Of a stretch of 64,000 bases of DNA, positions 42,771 through 52,030 are shown piece after piece; the stretch's first letter is position 1; every line of letters begins with the position of its first letter. The notes below the pieces were generated by a model. That model saw only the letters and a program-made list of their open reading frames with translations. It was not told the origin of the DNA and did not search any database. The DNA is from an uncultured Gammaproteobacteria bacterium. GTDB lineage: Bacteria; Patescibacteriota; Patescibacteriia; Veblenbacterales; UBA10138. Both the position numbers and the translations under genes were made by a program. The DNA lies in NCBI GenBank assembly GCA_964453605.1, contig CAYVOI010000001.1, positions 310,029 through 374,028 of the forward strand, given 5' to 3'.

Positions 42771-42902
42771 AGTAATCTCCTTGTTGGTTGTGGAATATTT
42801 ACCTCCCGTTTTTTGAATTTTTGTAAATCAACCTTAGCGCTGACCTGCCTGAAAGTCAATAGCGCCCCCTTGAGCTTTAGGGTGTAATTTTTTATACTAC
42901 CC

Positions 42903-43481
42903 ATGCCTATGCCCAAACGCAGGAACCCAAAACCCATGGTAGTCGTCTTTGTCGGTGAGAAGCTGGCAGGGAAAGAGGTGGCCTCTCACTACCTACAGCG
43001 GCGCCATGGTTTTGTGAGCTACCGCTTTTCTAAAATTTTGGTAGACATTCTAGACAGGCTCCACCTGCCCGTAAGCCGGGTGAATGAGGTGGCACTGGTG
43101 GGGGGCCTCAGGGAGCGGTTTGGTGGCGGGGTGTTGGCGCAGGTGATTGCCGCGGAAATTAAGATGCGTAAGCAGAAGAGGGTAGTGCTCGACGGTATGC
43201 GCCACCCCGCAGAGTTTGAGGCCTTAAAAAAGCTGCCAGGGTTTTTACTGGTCTACCTTACTGCGCCCCTAGAGCTCAGGTTCAAGCGCGCCAGGGCACG
43301 TGGGGAAAAGGTAGGGGAGCGTAACTTTACACTTGCCGAGTTCAAGCGTGAGGAGAGTCTGCCGACTGAGGTGTTTATCCGCGGTTTAGGGCGTAAGGCT
43401 AAGGTAAAGCTCGTGAACAGTAGCACACTGCCTGAGCTCTACCAGCAGATTGAAGACAAGGTAATTAAGCCTTACCTATGA
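42903..43481 (+). CDS. NMP-kinase-fold P-loop protein (adenylate/cytidylate-kinase-like; putative (d)NMP kinase)
   Basis: Atypical Walker A VVFVGEKLAGKEV (GxxxxGK-E, as in AK GxPGxGKGT). DG-R NMP-binding motif (VLDGMRHPAEF). LID-like LVYLTAPLELRFKRARARGE. Confidence 0.45.
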   Translation: MPMPKRRNPKPMVVVFVGEKLAGKEVASHYLQRRHGFVSYRFSKILVDILDRLHLPVSRVNEVALVGGLRERFGGGVLAQVIAAEIKMRKQKRVVLDGMRHPAEFEALKKLPGFLLVYLTAPLELRFKRARARGEKVGERNFTLAEFKREESLPTEVFIRGLGRKAKVKLVNSSTLPELYQQIEDKVIKPYL

Positions 43482-43903
43482 AGCTTGAGGTGAAAAAGTT
43501 AGACCCCAGGGCCAAGCTGCCTTCCTACGTGCACCCAGGGGACGCGGGGTTGGACTTTTTTGCGCTGGAGGACACCGTGGTTCGGGCAGGGGAGCGGCAA
43601 GCCGACATTCGCACTGGCGTGGCCATCGCTATACCCCAGGGTTACGTAGGGTTGTTTTGGGATAAGTCGGGCCTGGCTGCTAAGTACGGGCTTAAAGTTA
43701 TGGCGGGGGTTATAGATTCTGGCTACCGCGGCGAGCTTTTACTCACGCTCTTCAACACCAGTGATAAGGATTACCACTTTAAGGCAGGGGACAAAGTTAT
43801 GCAGCTTGTGGTGCAGCCCGTTGAACAGGCAGAAATTATGGAGGTGCAAGAGCTGTCTGAAACACCCCGCGGCTCGAGCGGGTTTGGGAGTACGGGGAAG
43901 TAG
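43478..43903 (+). CDS. dut: dUTP diphosphatase
   Basis: dUTPase motifs AGLDF, IDSGYRGEL, and C-terminal RGSSGFGSTG. Confidence 0.85.
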   Translation: MKLEVKKLDPRAKLPSYVHPGDAGLDFFALEDTVVRAGERQADIRTGVAIAIPQGYVGLFWDKSGLAAKYGLKVMAGVIDSGYRGELLLTLFNTSDKDYHFKAGDKVMQLVVQPVEQAEIMEVQELSETPRGSSGFGSTGK

Positions 43904-43967
43904 GTAAAATAAAGACGACCAGTTAGAATCAACTGGTCGTCTTTTTGTTGAGCGATGTCGTAGCGCG

Positions 43968-44684
43968 CTACCCGCCGTTTTTGCCCTTCAATAGGGCGAG
44001 CATTTTGGGGCGGTAGGGAGCGTAGAGCACCTTTATTGAAATGAACTCCTCAGCGTAGCAATCGAGTTCATCGTGGTGCAGGGGTAAGTCAGAGGCGTAC
44101 TTCTGGTGCCCGGCCTCAAGCTCTTCGAACATGTGCATAACGTAGCCGATGCGTTCCAGGGCGTTGAAGAACCTACCTTCACGTGTATTTTCATACTGGA
44201 TTTCGTACAGGGTTTGGTAGGCACTCACCACCGCACTCTTGTAGGGTTCCTCGAGGGGGAGCTGGCTCAGCCAGTGGCGGAAGCGCTTGCGCTCCAGCTC
44301 GTCGTAGTAGGCTTTCTTGTCACCCAGTTTTTCCGTCCAGGGTACATCGAAGTGTCCCTCGCCATTGTGGTTTGGTTCCCCCTCTTCACCTAGGTCGTGT
44401 ATACCCGCTGCGATGATGAGTGAAGCCATGTTCAGAGGTTCCCCAGAGCCAAACTGTGCTTCAATAAAGAGAGCAACTTCAGTTAGGCGCACCTGTTCAA
44501 ACAGGTGTTGGAGCACGTTCTGAACGCGGTAGCGTTCGTCAAGTTTGAACCTGCCCCACCGCTTGGTACGCTGGGCTTGCGCTGCGGCGTAGAGTATGTG
44601 CTGCTGTAAGGTAACGATTTGTTTGGATACTGGTATGGCATCTTCCGGTACAACTGCCGGCGCGGTATCTATTTTTTGCTCCAT
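43968..44684 (-). CDS. HD-domain phosphohydrolase (YfbR-like 5'-deoxynucleotidase candidate)
   Basis: His...HDLGE...D pattern (IAAGIHDLGEEGEP). Confidence 0.5.
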   Translation of the reverse strand: MEQKIDTAPAVVPEDAIPVSKQIVTLQQHILYAAAQAQRTKRWGRFKLDERYRVQNVLQHLFEQVRLTEVALFIEAQFGSGEPLNMASLIIAAGIHDLGEEGEPNHNGEGHFDVPWTEKLGDKKAYYDELERKRFRHWLSQLPLEEPYKSAVVSAYQTLYEIQYENTREGRFFNALERIGYVMHMFEELEAGHQKYASDLPLHHDELDCYAEEFISIKVLYAPYRPKMLALLKGKNGG

Positions 44685-44838
44685 GGCAATACCTCATGAT
44701 TGTTGGTTTTATAGTTGATTTGTTATTGTTGTTATATGGCGCTATAGTACTAGCGAGCGGTTTTTTGGTCAAGCTCTATCACCCTATGCAACAGTACCTA
44801 AGCTTAGTTCAGGAAATACTAGAAAAGGAGAGGTAACT

Positions 44839-45711
44839 ATGAAGGCTTACTTAGATATAGTCAGAAAGGTTTTGGAAACTGGTCAGTTGAAATCAACTCG
44901 CCAGGGTACCGATGCTTATACGATTGCTGGTGAGAAGTTTGAGCACGACATGGCCAACGGTTTTCCATTGTTGACAACGAAAAAAGTTCCGCTTCGGCTG
45001 GTGGCTTCAGAACTGGAATTTTTTATAAAAGGCATTACTGATAAAAAATGGTTACAAGATAGGAATAATCACATTTGGGATGAGTGGGCCAACCCCCGCC
45101 AGGCACCCTATGGTCATGACCAGGCTGCTAAGGAACGCATGCTTAATGAGCGCGACCTAGGCGCAGTGTATGGTTACCAGTGGCGTCATTTCAACTATCC
45201 CTACGAGAGCTATGGTACTGACTATGCTGGCAAGGGCTACGACCAGCTGCAAAAGGTTATAGATACGCTAAAATCAAACCCAAATGATCGGCGCATGATC
45301 GTTAGTGCCTGGAACCCGTTGATGCTCGACAGCATGGCGCTGCCGCCGTGCCACTATGGATTTCAGGTGACAGTGATTCGTGGTCGGTTGAATTTATTAT
45401 GGAATCAGCGCTCCGTTGATATTATATTGGGTTTGCCTTTTAATATCGCAAGCTACGCTTTGTTATTGCATTTACTAGCTAAAGAGACTGGGCTCCAAGA
45501 AGGAAAACTAATTGGGTTTTTGGCTGATATACATTTATTTCTTAATCACGTTGATGGGGCTAAAGAGCAATTATCTAGAGACCCGGATAAATATAAATTA
45601 CCCAAAATAGAAACCGAGAATTTCACCTCCATATTTAATTGGCAGTACACTGACAGTAAGCTGGTTGGCTACGAGAGCTATCCAGCTATTAAATTTGATA
45701 TCGCGGTTTAG
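44839..45711 (+). CDS. thyA: Thymidylate synthase (ThyA type)
   Basis: FPLLTTKKV, R..E..WF..G, active-site LPPCH, and SYALLLHLLA motifs. Confidence 0.9.
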   Translation: MKAYLDIVRKVLETGQLKSTRQGTDAYTIAGEKFEHDMANGFPLLTTKKVPLRLVASELEFFIKGITDKKWLQDRNNHIWDEWANPRQAPYGHDQAAKERMLNERDLGAVYGYQWRHFNYPYESYGTDYAGKGYDQLQKVIDTLKSNPNDRRMIVSAWNPLMLDSMALPPCHYGFQVTVIRGRLNLLWNQRSVDIILGLPFNIASYALLLHLLAKETGLQEGKLIGFLADIHLFLNHVDGAKEQLSRDPDKYKLPKIETENFTSIFNWQYTDSKLVGYESYPAIKFDIAV

Positions 45712-45713
45712 CT

Positions 45714-46238
45714 ATGGGTTTCGCAATTATCGCGGCGCTGGATAAAAACCGCGGCATAGGCCAGGGAGGTAAACTGCCCTGGAACCTGAGAGGCGATATG
45801 AAGCACTTTAAAGAGGTCACGGTAGGGGCCCAAGAGGCTACAGCAGGGCAGAACGCGGTTATTATGGGTCGGACCACTTGGGACTCAATACCGGCCCGTT
45901 TTAGGCCTCTGGAAGGCCGTATAAACGTAGTTTTAAGCCGTAAGCCCTTGGTGGAGCTCCCCCAGGGGGTTTTGCAGGCGGGGTCGCTTGATGAGGCCCT
46001 AGCCCAAACCAAGGCCCAAGGCGGCCGCGAGGTTTTTATTATAGGTGGGGCTAGTGTGTACGCTCAAGCTATAAACCACCCCGACTGCCAAACACTTTAC
46101 CTAACAGAGATCGAAAGTGAATTTCCGTGTGATACGTTTTTCCCCGAGGTTCCCGCTAACTTTCACCGCACCGAGACTGCGGACCCGGCGGCCGAGCAAG
46201 GGGTGAACTATAGATTTGTTACCTATAAGCGGAGGTAG
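45714..46238 (+). CDS. folA: Dihydrofolate reductase
   Basis: IIAALDKNRGIG..GKLPW, VIMGRTTWDSIP, FIIGGASVY. Confidence 0.85.
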   Translation: MGFAIIAALDKNRGIGQGGKLPWNLRGDMKHFKEVTVGAQEATAGQNAVIMGRTTWDSIPARFRPLEGRINVVLSRKPLVELPQGVLQAGSLDEALAQTKAQGGREVFIIGGASVYAQAINHPDCQTLYLTEIESEFPCDTFFPEVPANFHRTETADPAAEQGVNYRFVTYKRR

Positions 46239-46244
46239 ATTTTT

Positions 46245-46922
46245 ATGAAACAACGCGGCAGGTTTATTGTTATCGAAGGTACCGATGGCTCGGGCAAGGC
46301 CACGCAGGTTAAGCTGTTGGTGCGAGCGTTAAAAAAAGCTGGGTATAAAATTAAGTATGTTGACTTTCCGCAGTACGGTAAGCCGTCAGCCCGATTAGTT
46401 GAGCGGTACCTAAATGGCGCCATGGGACTAGCCAGCAGCATTAGCCCGTACGACGCGTCGCTGTTTTACGCCGTGGATAGGTTTGCCAGCGGCCACAAGC
46501 TGCGCCAGTGGTTTGCCCAAGGCTACACGGTGGTGGCGAACCGTTTTACCTGGAGCAATGCCGCCCACCAGGGCGGCAAGCTTAACTCACTGGCAGCCAG
46601 AAAAAAGTTTTGGAAGTGGCTCTTTCGCCTGGAGTACCACCTGCTCGATATCCCCTGGCCGAATATAACGGTCGTGCTGCACGTGCCCGCTGCCCAAGCC
46701 CAGCAGCTAGTTGATAAAAAAGGCCGGCGTGCCCACCTCGGCGGAGCTCGGCGCGACGCCCATGAGGCAGACCTCGCGCACCTTAAAGCTGCTGAGCAGG
46801 CTTACCTTACTCTAGCCAAGACACACCGGGCCCCGGTTATTGAATGTGTGGAGAAGGGACGGCTCTTGACCCCAGCCGAAATTCATAAAAAAGTACTCGC
46901 CGTAGTTCTGCGACGAATGTAG
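46245..46922 (+). CDS. tmk: Thymidylate kinase
   Basis: GRFIVIEGTDGSGKATQ P-loop, DRF..S motif, LID region. Confidence 0.85.
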   Translation: MKQRGRFIVIEGTDGSGKATQVKLLVRALKKAGYKIKYVDFPQYGKPSARLVERYLNGAMGLASSISPYDASLFYAVDRFASGHKLRQWFAQGYTVVANRFTWSNAAHQGGKLNSLAARKKFWKWLFRLEYHLLDIPWPNITVVLHVPAAQAQQLVDKKGRRAHLGGARRDAHEADLAHLKAAEQAYLTLAKTHRAPVIECVEKGRLLTPAEIHKKVLAVVLRRM

Positions 46923-47042
46923 CCACGCCTACACATAGGCTCTTGACAACTGCAGCAGTACGTGCCAAAGTTTGGAAAATTATCATTTCACAACAGATAA
47001 CGTTTCATTCAAATTATTCAAAACCACAAGAAAGGAGTGAGC

Positions 47043-47846
47043 GTGAAGAAAAAAGTATTGGTAGTAGGAGTCACCGGCGTCGGTGGTATGGCAGCGGCCG
47101 CCGCTGCCGCAGCCGCAGGCTACCGCGTAGTAGGAACACGGAAGAAAGCAGTCGACGCGTTCAGCAGGCCATGCCCCCATGTCGATGTACTGGTTGGCGG
47201 TGTGGACGTCACCACATCAAACTGGCTTGACAGCGTACTCTCAGCCGAGCCCGGGGTTTATGAGTTTGGGTTTCTGGCTTTTGCTCAAGGCGAGGTTGGG
47301 TTCCCCGCCGACGAGGCTACTCATGAGCAGCAGGCGCGAGCTTTGCGGGCTAGCCTCCAACCCCTGCTCGATATGGAAGCCAGTGGCCGTTTTAAAAACC
47401 TGGTTGGGTTTAGCTCGTTCCACGAGCTTGACATTTCTCAGCTGGTGTACGGCAGTATGGTTCAGGGCAAGGTTCAGATTGACCACTGGCCGCAAACTGC
47501 CACCAAGGCAGTGGGGCGGTACGTCATAAAATCCGGCGGCTTCGATAGTAAGTCGCTGCGGGGTGTGAAGCTAGCAACGTTCAGGCAGCTTAGCCGTCGT
47601 CAAGGAAATGTAGACGACCGGCTGGTGAAAGCGTTTGGTAACCCAGACGTAGCCACACTCGAGCAAATGCTCCGCCAGCGCCTCCTCATGGAGGAGAACG
47701 CGCGGTTTGGCAATACCAGGCTAACGACGGGTGATGATCTGGTTCCTGCCGTAGCGGCTGTGCTCAGGGGCGCCGCCGATGATGCTATTGGCCCCATTAC
47801 CTGTGTGGTCGCTGATGAGGTGTTTTACCTTGAGTGTTTGATATAA
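47043..47846 (+). CDS. NAD(P)-binding Rossmann-fold protein (atypical SDR/NmrA-like)
   Basis: GxTGxxG (VVGVTGVGG) at the N-terminus. GTG 47043 lies 6 nt after aaaggag; the track start at 47037 is too close to the RBS. Confidence 0.45.
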   Translation: MKKKVLVVGVTGVGGMAAAAAAAAAGYRVVGTRKKAVDAFSRPCPHVDVLVGGVDVTTSNWLDSVLSAEPGVYEFGFLAFAQGEVGFPADEATHEQQARALRASLQPLLDMEASGRFKNLVGFSSFHELDISQLVYGSMVQGKVQIDHWPQTATKAVGRYVIKSGGFDSKSLRGVKLATFRQLSRRQGNVDDRLVKAFGNPDVATLEQMLRQRLLMEENARFGNTRLTTGDDLVPAVAAVLRGAADDAIGPITCVVADEVFYLECLI

Positions 47847-47918
47847 GCTGCAGTTCTGTCAGTCCCAGCATCTATAATCAGGTGCTGTGCCGATTTTATT
47901 ATGGTAGAATGTGCTGGT

Positions 47919-49373
47919 ATGAACCTGGAACCAGTTATCGGTCTGGAAATTCACGTCCAGCTAAAAACCAAGTCTAAAATGTTCTGCTCGTGCGACAACA
48001 CGGGTGAGCTGCAACCTGCCAACACCACCATTTGCCCCATCTGCCTAGGGCACCCAGGCACCCTGCCGGTGCCAAACGCCGAGGCTATTCGTTTGAGTGC
48101 ACTGGCGGCGCTGGCGCTAAACCTCCACGTCAACAACCACTCAAAGTTCGACCGCAAGAACTATTTTTACCCCGATCTGCCGAAAGGGTACCAAATTTCT
48201 CAGTACGACGAGCCACTCGCGAGCGACGGCTACCTAGAGGTTGAGGTGGGTGGTGAGGTGCGCAAAGTCGGTATTGAGCGGCTGCATTTGGAAGAAGACA
48301 CGGCCAAACTCATGCACGTTAAAGCAAGCTCGCTCCTCGATTACAACCGCGCGGGCACGCCGCTGATGGAAATTGTGACCAAGCCGGAAATCAAGAGCCC
48401 GGCTGAAGCCAAAGCATTCCTGCAAGAGCTTAGGCTTACCATGCGCTACCTGGGGGTGTCGGACGCGGATATGGAAAAGGGGCACCTACGGTGTGACGCC
48501 AACATCTCTTTGCGGCCGGTCGGTGACAGTAAGCTCTACCCTAAGACCGAGGTAAAGAACCTGAACTCATTCCGCGCCGTTGAGCGGGCGCTGGCCTACG
48601 AGGTGGAACGGCAGGGTAAGCTCTGGGAGCAGGGTAAGGCACCGACCGTGGGCTCCACCCGCGGCTGGGACGAAAAGAAAGGCGAGACCGTGGCGCAACG
48701 CGAGAAAGAAGCGGTGCACGACTACCGCTATTTCCCCGAGCCCGATATTCCGCCGCTGGAGCTGGCTAAGAAGCAGATCGATGAGTGGCGCGCCTCGTTA
48801 CCAGAGCTGCCGGCAGCACGGCGCAGGCACTACCGCGAAGACTGGCAGCTTGCATCGAAAGTCGCTGAGTTTTTACTTGAGAATCAGAACTTCGGCACAT
48901 TTGCTGAGCAGGTGATTGATGAAATTTTGCCCGCCGTTGAGGGCGATGCCGCTACCGCAGCTAAGCTTGCGACCAACTGGATAGTGAACAAGTACCCCAG
49001 CGTTTTGGAAGAGGTGGGCAAGGCTTTTGTCGACGCACCACTCAACGCCGTTCAGTTTGGAAACTTTTTGCAGGTTGTAGCTGGTGGAAAGGTCAATTCC
49101 ACCAATGCGCAAGTGCTGCTCAAGCGCATGGTGGAAACCGGTAAGGATCCGCAGGCCGTATTGGCAGAAGAAGACTTGGCCCAGGGTGGGGGAGAGGAGC
49201 TGGCAGAGGTAGTAGCGCGTGTGCTCGCGGCTAACCCTGCGCCAGCGGCCGAACTTAAGGCCGGTAAGCAGGCTCTGCTCAAGTTCTTTGTCGGACTAGT
49301 GATGAAAGAAACCAAGGGTAAGGTTAACCCCATAGAGGCTGAGGCTCAACTTAAACGTAGCTCAGGTTTGTAG
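47919..49373 (+). CDS. gatB: Asp-tRNA(Asn)/Glu-tRNA(Gln) amidotransferase subunit B
   Basis: MNLEPVIGLEIHVQLKTKSKMFCSC..., C-terminal GatB/YqeY domain. ATG 47919 fits the GatB N-terminus. Confidence 0.9.
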   Translation: MNLEPVIGLEIHVQLKTKSKMFCSCDNTGELQPANTTICPICLGHPGTLPVPNAEAIRLSALAALALNLHVNNHSKFDRKNYFYPDLPKGYQISQYDEPLASDGYLEVEVGGEVRKVGIERLHLEEDTAKLMHVKASSLLDYNRAGTPLMEIVTKPEIKSPAEAKAFLQELRLTMRYLGVSDADMEKGHLRCDANISLRPVGDSKLYPKTEVKNLNSFRAVERALAYEVERQGKLWEQGKAPTVGSTRGWDEKKGETVAQREKEAVHDYRYFPEPDIPPLELAKKQIDEWRASLPELPAARRRHYREDWQLASKVAEFLLENQNFGTFAEQVIDEILPAVEGDAATAAKLATNWIVNKYPSVLEEVGKAFVDAPLNAVQFGNFLQVVAGGKVNSTNAQVLLKRMVETGKDPQAVLAEEDLAQGGGEELAEVVARVLAANPAPAAELKAGKQALLKFFVGLVMKETKGKVNPIEAEAQLKRSSGL

Positions 49374-49418
49374 TAGTTCACTCGTCGCGCTGCACCTACT
49401 GATGCAGGGTGTTTAGTA

Positions 49419-49447
49419 TTGACGTGCCGTTTGCTGTAGGTTATAAT
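49419..49447 (+). promoter_or_regulatory. Sigma70-like promoter TTGACG-17-TATAAT
   Basis: ttgacg at 49419..49424, tataat at 49442..49447. RBS aaaggaac ahead of ATG 49491. Confidence 0.6.
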
Positions 49448-49490
49448 TGCTCGGCAGTACAGTGCTCTTTGTCAAACAGAAAGGAACGTT

Positions 49491-50006
49491 ATGCCTAAGA
49501 GAACGTCGTGTGCAGTTTGCGGAAAACCGAGAGGGAAGTTTCAGCTGGTGACGTTCATAGATGCCGATGGTAGTGCGCATGAAGGGCAGTCACTCTGTGG
49601 TACATGCAGCGCCGGTCGTTCATTCATTTGTGAACGCAGGCACCCCTGTGTCGTCTTTATCGACGCTACGTCTATCTGCCCCGTGTGCGCCGAACGGCAC
49701 GCTAACCACCTGTGCAAACGTGACTTCGCACTGCTCCGCAGGGAGTGGCAAGCCATTACTCAGTGCATCCCGGCTGAAGATGTGGCCGAGTTCTTGAAGC
49801 TCGTTAGGACTGCTATCAATAACGATAGCGCCTCGCCCGAGCTTTGCTTGATCTCTGCCGTGGTTGCTGCCGCTCAGCGTTTTGGTACTACCGTTTCTCG
49901 GGTAGAGCAGCAGCTCCGGCGCGAAACCATGGCTACGAAATCTATCGTTACGGCACTACTTCCCAGCCGTAACCCCGCCAAACGATACAAACCTAAACAA
50001 CCCTAG
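49491..50006 (+). CDS. Hypothetical protein with an N-terminal multi-Cys zinc-ribbon region
   Basis: CAVCGKP...CGTCSAG...CPVCAERH. Confidence 0.4.
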   Translation: MPKRTSCAVCGKPRGKFQLVTFIDADGSAHEGQSLCGTCSAGRSFICERRHPCVVFIDATSICPVCAERHANHLCKRDFALLRREWQAITQCIPAEDVAEFLKLVRTAINNDSASPELCLISAVVAAAQRFGTTVSRVEQQLRRETMATKSIVTALLPSRNPAKRYKPKQP

Positions 50007-50013
50007 CCCACTA

Positions 50014-50940
50014 CTATTTGAAGCTAGGGTTGTTTTCTTTGTTGAGGAATTGGGCGGTTTGCTTTTGTGCTTGTGCGCTCGTACGCACCCACTCTACGTT
50101 CGGCCTGTTCCTAAACCACGTCATCTGCCGCCGGGCGAACTGCCAAATTTTGGTAGCCAGCTGCTGCTCAAGCTCGGCTTTTGTAATTTTACCTTGAAGG
50201 TAGTAGCTCACGTAGCGGTACTCAAGCCCCAAGCTCGCTAGCCTGTCCCACGAGAGGCCGCTGTGGTGTAGCGTGCGAACTTCGGCAATGAGCCCTTGGT
50301 GCAGGCGGCTTTTGAGGCGTTTGGTTATGAGCCGACGGAGCGTAGAAGCTCTGGGCTTAAGGCTTAGGATAAGAACGTTGGTCGTCGGCGGATGATAGCT
50401 TACTGTTTTTACCTTTCCAGTGGCGGTGGCGATTTCGATGGCCCGTACTAAGCGGCGGCGATTATGGATGTCTATACCCTTGGCGCGTTTTGAGTCTAGC
50501 CGCCGCAGCATTTTTACCAACTCGGCGGTGGTTTTGTGTTCAAGTGTTTGGCGGAGCGCTAGGTTCGGTTTTACATTTGGCAGAGCAGTGCCCTTGAGAA
50601 CCGAGTCAATGTAGAACCCGGTGCCCCCGCAGAGTATGGGCAGCTTGCCGCGCTGCCAAATCCCCTTGAGTGCTTTGAGCGCCAGGCGTTGGTACTGCGC
50701 TACGCTGAACGTACGCCGGGGGCTCGCTACGTTGAGCAGGTGGTGGGGTACACCCTGCATGGCGCGACGCGTGATTTTGCCACTGCCAATATCAAGCCCG
50801 CGGTACACCTGGCGCGAGTCAGCCGAAATAACCTCCCCATTGAACCGTTTGGCTAAGCTTACCGCCAGCCTACTCTTGCCGCTGGCGGTAGGGCCGACAA
50901 TAGCTAGCAGCGGCCGCAGCTTGACAGTTTTAGTAGGCAT
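50014..50940 (-). CDS. miaA: tRNA dimethylallyltransferase
   Basis: P-loop GPTASGKS, ISADSRQVYRGLDIGSGK, FARRQMTWFR. Confidence 0.85.
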   Translation of the reverse strand: MPTKTVKLRPLLAIVGPTASGKSRLAVSLAKRFNGEVISADSRQVYRGLDIGSGKITRRAMQGVPHHLLNVASPRRTFSVAQYQRLALKALKGIWQRGKLPILCGGTGFYIDSVLKGTALPNVKPNLALRQTLEHKTTAELVKMLRRLDSKRAKGIDIHNRRRLVRAIEIATATGKVKTVSYHPPTTNVLILSLKPRASTLRRLITKRLKSRLHQGLIAEVRTLHHSGLSWDRLASLGLEYRYVSYYLQGKITKAELEQQLATKIWQFARRQMTWFRNRPNVEWVRTSAQAQKQTAQFLNKENNPSFK

Positions 50941-51024
50941 TGCTATAGTGTAACGTTACAATAAAAAAAAGGAAATCAATAAACAAACTAGCAAAAAACC
51001 AAGAATAAAGAAAGGAGTTTACCA

Positions 51025-51435
51025 ATGAAATGTATGGTTGTGAGCGGACAGCTGGAATTGCAGCTGGTTGTTAAAAACGCCCTGCGCAAAGTGTTCCCGG
51101 GCAAAACGACCACTACGGTGGAGGCTCAGTGTGTCGCCGAGGCGCTGCAAAAATTCCCAAGTTTTCCTATGGACGTCATATTCTTGGATCGCGAGGCAGA
51201 AAGTGATATCATTCACGCTATCCACGAAGCCTACAACAACCTGCGCGACGTTAGCCATGGCCGGGTGATTGTTATATGCAATTACCAGCCCTCACTGGCC
51301 ATGTTGCACAAGCTGGTAGACGCGGGAGTTAACAACATACTCATTAACCCCGCGCCGCAAGACTTTGAGCGAGAGATTCAGATTACGGCAGCTGCCAGCC
51401 AAGTGGCAGCTGCATCCCCAACCAACCATCATTGA
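51025..51435 (+). CDS. Receiver-like (pseudo-receiver) domain protein
   Basis: CheY-like alpha/beta pattern with a candidate Asp (DVIFLDRE) but no N-terminal acidic pair. Confidence 0.45.
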   Translation: MKCMVVSGQLELQLVVKNALRKVFPGKTTTTVEAQCVAEALQKFPSFPMDVIFLDREAESDIIHAIHEAYNNLRDVSHGRVIVICNYQPSLAMLHKLVDAGVNNILINPAPQDFEREIQITAAASQVAAASPTNHH

Positions 51436-51580
51436 GTGCTTGTGCCGCTAGCCGTGGCGCTAGTACTAGCTATGAGTAGGCCTCTCTTGACTTTTTCTTG
51501 AGGCATTGCTATGGTTGGTTGAAATAAAAAGTAAGGATATTCAATAATCACAGTAACACAAACAACAAAGGAGTTATACA

Positions 51581-51967
51581 ATGGAACAGCGAATATTACT
51601 CGTCGACGATGAAGAGTCAATTCGTTTTTTAACGGCGAATACCCTTCGCGACGAAGGGTATAATGTGATCGAAGCTTCCGATGGTCAAGAGGCGCTGGAC
51701 AAAATTCTGGCTCAGCCAGAGCCGTTCAACCTCATCGTCACCGATCTCCGGATGCCGCGCATGGACGGCAAGGGCTTGCTCGATCACTTGCAGGGGAGCA
51801 TTCCCACCATTGTTACGTCAGGTACCTTTGCGGAAGGTGGTGATGCAAGCACCGACGAGGTGGTACACCTTGGCGCCGTGGCTACCTTACGGAAGCCGTA
51901 CGACGCCGAAGACCTCCTGACCTGTGTCAGGAAATACCTGCCTCGGGCCGTGCCACAAACGTTATAG
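51581..51967 (+). CDS. Single-domain response regulator (CheY-like receiver)
   Basis: ILLVDDEESIR, phospho-Asp LIVTDLRMPRMDG, downstream Thr/Ser and Lys. Confidence 0.75.
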   Translation: MEQRILLVDDEESIRFLTANTLRDEGYNVIEASDGQEALDKILAQPEPFNLIVTDLRMPRMDGKGLLDHLQGSIPTIVTSGTFAEGGDASTDEVVHLGAVATLRKPYDAEDLLTCVRKYLPRAVPQTL

Positions 51968-52030
51968 TGCGCTCCTGCGCACCAAAGATTCACCCCGTTG
52001 CTGCTGATACTAGCGGCAACGGGTTTTTTA

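Noticed and set aside
46943-47230. ORF 46943..47230 (+), an Arg-rich 95 aa
   Set aside because: It overlaps the start of the Rossmann-fold gene in another frame and is R/S-rich junk. The real gene starts at GTG 47043 after aaaggag.
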